A stretch of 35,874 bases of DNA, taken from a virus. Taxonomy: Duplodnaviria; Caudoviricetes. The translations under genes and the position numbers were made by a program. The notes under the pieces are model-generated. The model saw only the letters and a list, made by a program, of their open reading frames with translations, did not search any database and was not told where the DNA came from. The stretch lies in IMG/VR virus record IMGVR_UViG_3300012952_002503, positions 1-35,874 of that record; one strand, written 5' to 3'. The first letter of the stretch is position 1. Each line of letters begins with the position of its first letter. Below are positions 8,401-20,400 of this stretch, one piece after another.

Positions 8401-11400
8401 ATCCCAAACACTATCAGTACCAACAAGATACATGACACTCTTAATATATTCTCTAACTCTTGTTAAACAGAATAGTAAATGAGATCTAGTTACTGTTGGG
8501 AATGCTATGAAATTACCTTCACCATCAAACCACTCTTGTGTCATTCTGAATGCACCAGCATTACCACCAGTTACTAAGTCATAACGTACTGCCTTTAAGC
8601 AATTCTCAGCAAATGTTATTGTTAGATTAGTAGTTGGATAGTTAGTTTGTGTATCACCAAATGCTCTCAACGCAATTGCTTGCTGATTGAAGAGAATCAT
8701 ATTAGCAATATTCATGCTATTAGTTTCTCCACCACCGAGAGTATCGGACATAATATCGAAGAGAGTATCAATTGCAGATGTTACGTTATAGCAAGTACCT
8801 GATTGATACTGAGTATTACTATTGAATGGGAATGTCTTAGTTACACTGTTAACAAGATAATTTGCTGAATTATTAACTGCCTCGTTAATAGTTTCAATGT
8901 AGATATCTAATAGAGTATTAATAGCAGATGCACTCTCAGCACAAGTTTGATTCCATGTACCATTAGAATCTTGTCCACCACCACTAAAGTCGTAAGTAAT
9001 ACCAAGATCCCTTACAGCAATTTCAGGTGTATACTTAACAGGCCATATGATAGGCATATCATATGATCTACCAGCAACGTTATTAGGATTACTAATAGCG
9101 TCAGTAACCATTTGGACTAATTGACCAATTTCATTCTCTACATTCTGTCCTTCATTACCTGTGTAATCATTAGATACTAATCTATTTCTATAGTAATCTA
9201 AATCACTTGCAGGCCATGCCCATGAGTTAGATTGTTGTACGTGTAATTTCTTACCGTCAGCAAAATCAGTTACACGAGGATATGTGTGGTTAGTAGCATT
9301 CTGGTCTTGAGAGCAAGTAAATGTTAGAGCATTGCTATCAATTATAACTGTATCATCTGTGCTTAAATTATGTCCGACAACTGTCAAGGTTAATTGACCA
9401 GTAGTAGGAATATAGTATGCATCAGTAGGTGTAAATGTGTCTCCGTTATTGGTATTTGTTATACAATTGGATAGAGCACTTACGAAGTTATGCTTATAGT
9501 TACCACCCTGTATCAATGCTCCAGTATTAGCACTTACAAATGTATGTTGATGTGTATCGCCAGCTGGTGACTTACCAACATTAAGCATTATTGTGCCATC
9601 CTGTATCCTTATACCACCTGTCTTACATGACTTAAATGTATGAGATCCTATAAAGGTAGATGGGACACCTGAAAGTACTTGTATATCAAATGAGTCAGTA
9701 GTTACATTAGATACTGCTAACCATTCATTACTTGCATGGTCAGTAGGTCTTGGATATAAGTGAGTAGTTTCATGATGATCAAGATCACATGAGAACCCTA
9801 ATGCATAATCATCTATGTAAACATAATCATTTGCTTTCTCTATTCCACCTTCATCAGCAGATACAAATGTATGATTGTAACTACCTCCAGCAATAACAGC
9901 ACCAGGTACTGCACTTACAAATGAGTGGTCATATTGGTTATTAGATGCAGCAACATTAACGTTAAGAGTTATCTTACCACTCTGATGATGTAATGAATTA
10001 TGCTTCGCAGAAGCAAATGTATGAGTGTAGTTACCACCAGCAGTTATAGCACCAGATGTAGCAGAAGCAAATCTATGTGTATGGTTACCAGAAACAGTCT
10101 CACCTACATCAACAGTAATTGTTGAATTCTCCCAGTGGATTCCATCAGCAACAGCAGATACAAATGCGTGAGTGTATTCACCACCACCCCTTACAACACC
10201 TCTGATAATTGCACCGTCTAAGGAAGATACCCATGTGTGCGTTGTAGTGTTAGAAGAAGTACCAACGTTAATATCGAAAGTATTACCAGATACGTTAGAT
10301 ACAGTTAACCAAGCATTCTGAGATGCAGGGTCACTTACTCTTGGATAAGCATGGTTACTTGATCCACCATCTTCAGCACATGTAAAGGTGAATGACTCAT
10401 TCTTAACTTGTACCTTATCTCCATTAGCAAATGGATGACTAGGAATAGTTACTGTCAATACACCTGTGCCAGGTACGAATGATGCACCAGTTGGAGTGAA
10501 TGCATTTTCAGATCTTACAAATGTATGCTGAGTTGTGTTAGATGATATACCAACGTTAACAGTAATAGTAGTATCAGTAGCAGATATAATAGGTACTGTT
10601 GTATCATAGTATGGGTCATCAGCAGAAGCACCACCATATCCATTAGGACGTGGATACTTATGCTCACTACCATTAGAGTCAGCAAGACACTTGAATACTA
10701 ATGATTTCTCTTCAATAAAGATTGCTTCATGAGAAACCTTAACTCCATTAGGTGCAGCACTGTGGAAGGTATGTGCGTCAGTGTTAGTAGAAGGTGTAGA
10801 TGCTAAGACCTGAATATCAAATGTATCTTGAGTTATGTTAGTAACTGGTACCCAAGTATTACTGATTGGGTCAGATGATCTTGGATATGCCTTAATAGCA
10901 TCATTACCAGAAGCACCACCAAATCCACAACTGAATTGAATTGACTCATCAGTCATCATGATTCTGTCACCTATAGTGAATCCATGATTAGCAATGGTGA
11001 GAGTCATAAGACCTGTAGTAGGATTATAAGCACCATCAGTAACTGTATGAGTTGATCCACCTCTGAAGTTATGATTACCAATGGTCATTGTCATTTCACC
11101 AGTGGTAGGCTCATATGTTGCAGCAGAGACTAGGTAGTTAGCACGAGGTGTAGTACCAATCTGGACATCAAAGTTATTACCAGATACGTTAGATACAGTT
11201 AACCACTTATCATGTGCTGGGTCAGTTGCCCTTGGGTAACTATGCTCTGTAGCATTATTATCCATAGCACAAGTCATTACCAATGAATTGTCTGCTAATT
11301 TAATTCTATCTCCATTAGATACTGGGTTGTTAGTAATAGTAAGAGTTAATACTCCAGTAGTAGCATTGTATGCAGCACCAGCAGCAGTATACTTAGCATG

Positions 11401-14400
11401 ACCAACTTTCTTAATTTCTATAGAATGATCGTATGATCTATCTCTCTTAGCCTTAAGTCCATTATTAGCAAATGATTGGAATGTATGAGTGAATGATCCA
11501 CCAGCTCTGATTGATCCTCTCTTAAGAGCACCTGGATTTGCTCTCTTAAATGTGTGAGCAGAGGTGTTAGTAGAAGGTGTAATATCTAAGACTTTAACAG
11601 TAAATCTGTTATCATCAATTCTTGTAATTGTTAACCAGTTGTTGCTTGCAGGATCACCATGTCTAGGATAAGCATGCTCAGTTGCATGGTCATCTTTATT
11701 ACATGTGAAGATCAATGAATTGTCTTCAAACATTATCTGCTCACCTGTGATCATGCCGTGACCAGTTAAGGTAACAGTCATAATACCAGATACACCACTA
11801 TATGTTATAGCAGTTGGTGTTAAACCTACAGCAGGTACGAAGTTATGATCATGGTTAGATGCTCCAGAAGGTGATGGGTTAACATTAACTGTTATAGTGC
11901 TATCAGTTACAGCAGTTACAGCAACAGCATCAGCATATGCAGGGTCATCACCAGATGCACCACCAGTACCATTAGGACGTGGATATGCATGAAGACTGGA
12001 ATAACCATCCTGAGCACAAGTGAATGTCATTGACTCACGATTAATGTAGACACTATGTGCAGTTGTAATACCGTGGTCAGGACCAACAGTAATTTCCATG
12101 TTACCATTTGACTGGTTATACTCTACATTCTGAGGATCGAAACTCTTGAATTCAGATTTACCAACGAAGATATCAAATGTATCTGTGTCAGCATTTTCGA
12201 TAGCCTTCCACTTACCACTGATAGGATCAGAAGATCTAGGATAAGTCTTGTCATCGGTATTACCATCCATTTCACAACGCAAGGTTATTGCATTGTCATC
12301 AATCTTAACGAGTGATCCATTATCTAATCCATGACCAGTAGATGTAATTGTTAAATAACCTGTCTCTCCACTGTATACAGCATTTGTTGGAGTGAAGTTA
12401 TCAATTGTATTTCTTGGATATGCATGTGTAGATCCATAGTTATCTTGACTACACTCTAGTGTTATACCACCAGTTGCAATCTTAACACTCTGACCAACCT
12501 TAAGAGGATGATTACCAATGTTAATCTCCATCTCACCTGTAGTTGGAGTATAGTCAACATCTGTAGGTGTGTAACTAACAGCACTTGTTGTGCCTACATT
12601 AACATCAAAACCATTCTGAGATACATTACTAATTTGTACCCACTTACCACTGATAGGATCTGTGCCTCTAGGATATGCATGATTATCAGAGTTATTATCC
12701 ATATCACAAGTAAGATCTAATGCATAGTCATCTAACTTGATAAAGTCATTGTTAGTGAATCCATGATTAGGAACTGTCATTGCTAATACACCTGTTGATG
12801 GTGTGTATGTAGCACCTGTTGGGCTATGTCTTGTTACACCGTCATCAATAATTCTAAGTGAATTATTATATGCTGGGTCAGTTGCTCTTGGATAAGAATG
12901 ATTAGATGAATTACCATCCATTGAGCATGTAAATGTTAGAGCATCAGGAGCAAGTTTAACACTGTCGTTACCCTTCATCATGGAAGCAACTGTTATGCTC
13001 TTAGGTACTGCAGATACAAATGCGTGAGTTGTAGTATTTGTAGATGGAATATTGAATAGGACTTGGACATCAAATGTGTCAGTAGTCGCATTGAATACCT
13101 TCATCCACTCATCACTATATGGATCAGTCTTACGAGGATATGCATGATTAGTTGCATCACCATCTTGATCACATGTGAATGTTACGAATCCATCCTGTAC
13201 CTTAATTCTAGTACCATTCTTCATACCATGCTTGGCAACAGTTATTGTCATAACACCTGTTGTTGGATTGTATGCAGCGTTGGTAGGAGTTAATTGTTGA
13301 GGAGCAACAAACTTATGATCATAATCACCACCAGTAGCTATGGATGCTCTTGTAATACCATTAGCAGTTGCACGTTTGAATAAGTGAGTAGTCTGGTTGG
13401 TAGAAGGTACCTTATCAAGGACATGGACATCAAATGTGTCATCAGTTGTATTGTAAATTCTTAACCAATTCTGACTAGCAGGGTCGCTTGTCCTAGGATA
13501 AGCATGCTCAGTAGCATTACTATCCTGTAAGCAAGTGAATACTAATGAATTGTTTGCAATCTGAATATTCTCCCCATCCATGAATCCATGATGAGGTACT
13601 GTTAAGGTCATCCAACCTGTTGTTGGATTGTATGCAGCATCAGTTACTGTAGCAGTTTGAGCAGATGGTACGAATTCATGATTGTATTGTCCACCACCTA
13701 TTAATGCACCAGTTGTTGCAGATACAAATGTATGAGCATCAGAGTTACTAATAGCACCAGCAGCAACATCTAATATGACAGTACCAGTCTGTCTCTTAAG
13801 ACCATTAGATGCAAAGTCAACATAGGTATGATCGTATACATCATTGATACCAGACTTACCTACATGGACATCAAACTGTGTAGTAGTTACGTTAGAAATA
13901 GGTAACCACTGACCGAATGTAGGATCTGTCCTTCTAGGATATGTGTGGTTAGTAGCATTCTGATCCTTAGTGCATGATAGAGTTATAGCATTCTCATCTA
14001 TCATTACAAAGTCTCTTGCATGCCATATAGCAGCAGCACCGATATTTGTGCAAACGTGAGTTGTATTATTAGAGATAGCTGCCTGACCGAATAGATTACC
14101 AACTTGGACATCATATGTGTTGATACCTCTATTGAATACCTTCAACCACTGTCCACTAACAGGGTCAGTAGATCTTGGATATAAGTGATCAGTTGCCTGA
14201 CTATCTTCATCACATCTGAATGTTAATGAACTGTCAGTGATAAGAATCTTATCTCCATCCTTGATAGGATGACCAGGTTGAGTAACCCTTAATATACCAG
14301 TTGCAGGATAGAAGGTTACAGTATTAGGAGTGTATGTATTTGGAGCAGTAAATCCATTAGCAAGTTGTACTGTCATAGTACCTGCTGTAGGATTGTAAGC

Positions 14401-17400
14401 TACGCTTGTGGGACTATGAGTTGTCTTACCAATTTCATGAATTGGTATATTTGTATCATAGAAGAAGTCCTTCTTATGAGTGATGCAATTGTTAGCAGCA
14501 GATAAGAATGCATGGACTGATGTATGAGTAGAAGGAATTACATCTAATACTTCAACTTGGAAAGTATGTGTGGATGATTCCTGAATCATTATCCACTTAC
14601 CACTTACAGGGTCAGAAGATCTTGGATATGAATGACTACTTACATCTATAGCAGTAATACAATCAGTAGCAGCAGAAACGAAATTATGGACTGATGTATC
14701 TGTAACAGCACCTTGTCCACCGTTAACGTTAACTGTAATACTAGTTGATGTTACAGAGGTAATATTCAAATATGTGTCGTATGCATAGTCACGACCAGTA
14801 GAGGTTGCTGCACCAGTTGCACGAGGATATGATTTAGGAGTTGTATTACCATCACTATTGAAATCACATGTTAGAGTAATTGACTCAGGTGAAATCTTAA
14901 TCATATCCTGATTAGGAATCAAACCATGAGATACTCCAAATTCGAGTACCATATCACCTGTTGTTGGATTGTAATTAACAGCAGATGGAGTGAATCTATG
15001 TGTATCCTTCTTACAACTGAATGCTAATGAATTATCAGCAATCTTGATATATGTGTGTGGAAGGAATCCATGATTATTAAGAGTAAATTTAAGTAAACCT
15101 GTATTAGGATCATACTTAACATCAGATGGAGTATGAGATGTAGTTGCTGCTCTAGGATATGTCTTTTGAGCAGAGTGTCCATCCATATTACATGTGAATG
15201 TCAATGAATCATCTTTAAGTCTTACACTGTCGCCAGCATGACGTAAACAGTTTGCTGTAGATGTTACATAAGTGTGGTTATATACACCACCAGTTTTAAC
15301 TACAGATGTAGTAATGCAATTAGGTGTAGCAGACTTGAATAAATGTAATGTTGTATTGCTCTGAGGAATGTCTGTTAATACTTGGACATCAAACTCATTA
15401 CCAGTTACATTCTCAACCTTTAACCATGATCCTGATGCAGGGTCGTGGCAACGTGGATATGTGTGGTCTGTTACATGTAGATCTAATGCACATGTAAATG
15501 TTAGTGAATTGTCAGCAATCTTGATGAAGTCACCATTTTGTAATTTGTGACCAGGAATGCTAAGCTTCATCTTACCTGTAACTGGGTTATGATCTATAGC
15601 AGTAGGTGTTAAACCAGTGTTAGGTATGAATGTATGAGTTGTTAGATCTGAAGATATACCAACGTTTAACTCGATTGTTGTATCAGTAACGTTTGCAATC
15701 GTAATAGGCTTATTGTAGAATGGGTCAGCACCACTGTTACCGATATATGCAGATCCAGATGATCTAGGATATGTCTTAGTAGTAACATTATTATCTAAGA
15801 GACATGTAAATGCTACAGAATCTTGTGTTAGTTTAATACTATGTCCAACTACTAAATCATGCTCACCAATTGTAAGAATCAAAGTACCATTTGATGGATT
15901 GTATGTTGCATCAGATACTGTGAATGGTAATTCAGGTGTCTTACCAACATATACATCAAACTCATCCAAAGATACATTACGGACATCCATCCACTTATTA
16001 CTATAAGGGTCAGAAGAACGAGGATATGCATGGTTGGTAGCATTATTATCCATGTCACAAGTAAATGTGACTCCACCATCAGCGATCTTAACATAATCAC
16101 CATTACCAAATCCATGATTGGCAACAGTTAATCTCATTAAACCAGTGGATCCATTATATGTTGCACCAGATATACTGTGGATACTACTATCACGGAAACT
16201 AGATTTTCTGTCTGTGGTTAATACTAACGCACCAGTAGAAGTATCGAAGGTAGCAGCATCTACATCATATTCTACCTTAGGTGTGATACCAACGTTAACT
16301 GTAATAGAATTTGAATCAGTAGCAGTAATTACTAATGGCTCATTATGCACTGGATCCTTAGATCTTGGATATGAGTGAGTAGATGAATGATCATCCATAT
16401 CACAAGTAAAGTGTAAGCTGTTTTGTGCTAGTTTGATATGTGTACCAGCTGCTAAACTATGTGATCCAATTACTAGATTAAGAGCACCAGTCTCAGCGTT
16501 AAATGTAGCAGCAGATGGGTTGAATCCTACGATAGGAGACTGACCAACATTAACTGTAAATGTGCCACCAGGAATATCAGATTCAACAACATCTAACCAG
16601 TTACCTACACAAGGATCAGTAGGTCTTGGATAAACGTGATTAGTATAATGATTATCCATTGAGCATGTGAATGTCATGGAGTTTTCAGTAATCTGAATCT
16701 GCTCACCTTTGGTGATCTTATGTCCAGGTACTGTCATCTTCAAATGACCTTTCTCTGCATCATATTCAGCATAAGATGCAACATGGTGTGTAGCACCAAC
16801 GAAACGATGGTTTCCTACATCTAATGTTAACTCTCCATCAATCTGATTATATTCTGCATCACTTACGTTATACTCCACTCTAGGAGTCATTCCAACATTA
16901 ACTTTAAATACGTCCTTAGAAGTTACTTCTTCAACTAATAACCACTGGTCACCAGCAGGATCCTTTGCTCTAGGATATCCGTGCTTAGTAGCATAGTTAT
17001 CTTGAGAGCAAGTGAATATTATAGATCCATTGTGTATCTTAACTTGATCACCAGTCTTAAATCCATGATCGTCACAACTTATCTGTAATACACCACTATC
17101 AGGATCATATGCAGCATCTTTAGCAGTATGAGTTGTAGAGTCTGCCATTCCATGATCAGGAACGGTAACTGTCATCATACCTGTTTCAGGATTATATGAA
17201 GCAGTATCAGCTGTCCATTCTGTAGATCCTACTTTAAGTACTTCTATAGCAGTATTACCAGCAGGGTCACCAGATCTAGGATATGAATGAGTTGACTGGT
17301 TATTATCCATATCACAAGTGAAGTTAATCGAATTGCTGACTAACTTGAGATATGTTCCAACAGTATGATTATGTGATCCAACTGTTAATTCTAAATCACC

Positions 17401-20400
17401 TGTGCTGCTATCATACTTTGCATTAGAAATGTCATAAGCAATAGTAGGTGCAGGACCAACGTTAACTGTAAATGTGTTAACAGTTGCAGATTCACCAGCA
17501 ACTATTGAACCAGCAGAGGATCCAAATCCAGCATAATTAGCAGAAGCAAATATACCACTACCACCTGCTAAACCAGTATTCTGACCACCAGGAGTAGTTG
17601 CCTCAGTTATAAAGTTACCATCTATCCATAATTTAATAGCACCAGGACCAACTTGAACTGCACCACCAATTGTTATCTCAAATACTATCTCATGATCTCC
17701 GTTATCAAAGTAAGCTGATAGATTACTTATTTGAAGATCAAGCATTGCTAATCCAGTATCACTGGTATATGCAGCACCACCACTATATGAATTAGCACCA
17801 TTACCTGCACGGATTCTAAAATAAGTACCACCATCTCTGATACCCATCCAGATACCAGCACTAGAATCACCTGCTTCAAATAAGCAGCAATCTATTGGGG
17901 ATGAAGGTAACTTAGTAACTAATCTGAATACTGCATCTTCATCAGGTACTAAACCAGTGCCTGAATCAGTTGTAGAAATCTTATCTTCACCAAACTTGAA
18001 TGATCTAGTAATAATATTATTAGGTTGGTTAATCTGTATACCGTCAGTACCAGAATTAAACATTGATGTTGTAGGTCTTGGGACAGCATCATAGATTGTT
18101 TGATCTACAGTGTGACCAGCTTCATTAGTAATGACCTGACCCTTCATTGCACGGATCGCATACTCTTTCGCTTTATTAATGATCCAGTTAGTTTCACTAG
18201 ATGCGTTAGTAACGTGATCTAGATTACCAGTATATGTTGTATAGAACTCAGAAGCATATTGCATCCAGTTATTACCACCATACTTAAGGTTGAATACTAG
18301 AGATCTTAAAATGTCAGTAACGTCATGCACACAGTTAACAGATCCACCAGGAATCAATAGTCCAGGATACTGTTGTAATCCAGCAGCAACTGCTTGCTCT
18401 GCAATATAACGGATGTTACCATCTATAGCATCACCACACTTCCAATAGAGATCATCTCTTGGGTTTTGCTCATATGTCTGAACTGGTTTCAAGCTTGGCT
18501 CATGTCCTTCTACATAATCTCTACCAAATGCATTACGCATTACCATAGTGCAAATATCTCTTAGGATCTTAACTACAGTAATAGTTGCTTCATACTCAGT
18601 CTCAATATGCTTAAGTGAATTATTTTCTGTCTCAACATATAATGCAGCAGCATCATATGTCTTCTCGTTACAATCGAATCTTATGTCATGTACCAATGCC
18701 TCGATCATATCGATGACATCATCTTCACAGTTAACATGACCACCAGGAATTTGTAGATTCTCATACTTAGAAAGGTCATTCATTATGCTGACACATTCCT
18801 TAGCAATGAGATGTCTATTTGTCCAGATACTTTCAGCAGCATCTAGATATCTGTCATTTGAAGATCTATTTGCTTGAGGATATCCTTCTGTATCCAATAC
18901 AATAGTAGAGTCTCTATATGCACCTCTAGTTGTATAAGCAGGAGCAAAGTATTCTTCTTGGACATATGCAGGAAGACCTAATGCAACACCATCATTATCT
19001 GTGAGTCCATCAGCTGTTTCACCAGGAGACATTAGAAGGTTATTAATTGCCTTCATACAAAGAATCTTGGCATAATCAAATGCATCCATCATTGCACTTA
19101 TTTCGTGCTCAATATTAAGGATGTTACCTTGATCATCAAGATACTTGTCTATAACAGATTGTGTCTGATATGTACCACCAGTTACCAAGTCAGCAATAAC
19201 ACCAGGAATGATAAAGTCCTTGATATCTCTTACACAGTATGGCTCTCCATATCCAGGCATCTCAAGGAAGTCATAATTAGTTCCATTGATTTCTGCTGCA
19301 TACTTATTCTGAATATAACCAGCAGTCTCTTCTGCAATATAATCTCTATTCTTCCAAAGTTGGAATCCACCTTCTCTAAATCTCTGATCGTTAGGTGCAA
19401 TAACCTTAAGAAGATCATCACCTAAAGTAGTGATTTCAGTCTGGACATTAGCAGATGCAGGAGTTGAGAAGTTATTAGGAATTCTCATTCTGGTAGTATA
19501 AGTACCAGTTAATTCTGTGCTAACAGTTGTTATAACGTCCTTAGAAATTTTAATAACTTCATTCCAAGTGAATAGTGATTGTAGAATCTCATTACCGATG
19601 AAATTTAACTCACCACCAACAGTTAGATAAGTCCTTGCTGTATAGATTGTATGATAGTTTCCACCTTCTCTTAAGTCTTTAACAAGTGCTCCTAAGATAT
19701 AATCTTTAGTATCTCTAATACACTTATCAGTACCACCATAGCTGTTTTCAGAAGGTACGTCACCTTTAATAGTGAAGTCTGAGAATGCAGCCTTCATTCT
19801 ACCAACTGCTTCTTCTGCTATCCATGCACCATTAAGATCAATGATATCAGCACAGTCTCTAAACTCTTGACGACCTAAATCAACGTCCTCAATAATAGTA
19901 AGTAGATTAGCATAATCAACTTTCTTAGCAGCAGCGTTAGAAGATCTCTGTCCACTATACTCTGCATATACTTCAGTAGTTGAAATTATGAAAGGTGCTT
20001 CACCATCTATACCTAATACAATACCATCTTGTGTATAATCAACTTGAGTTGGTGGAGTAAATCCTGTTGAGTGATCTGATGTACCTTTCCTAATATACAA
20101 GTTATCAATATGACCAGCCCAATGTGATGTCTGGTTGAAGTCCATACCAACAGATGCAGCAGCATAGAGATATGTGTTAGTATCTGCCCAGTTAGATCCA
20201 ACTTGTGCACCATTAACATATAACTGTGTAACACCTGATGCTCTAACAACAGATAAGTGATACCAAGTACCAGTTGTTGCAACTACGTTACCACTGTTGA
20301 TTCCTAGAGTGGTGCCGTTATATACCATAATTGCTTGACCATCCATCCTGATATTCAAACCTTGAGTAGAACTCAAGCGACGGAAGTCAAATAGGTATTG

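Noticed and set aside
9235-17445. Repeat array as a CRISPR array, DGR template/variable pair, or assembly artefact
   Set aside because: Repeats are in-frame protein units with divergent DNA, with no constant repeat-spacer period and no long near-identical pair differing only at adenines. No reverse transcriptase or cas gene is in the window. The units are too divergent to come from assembler duplication.
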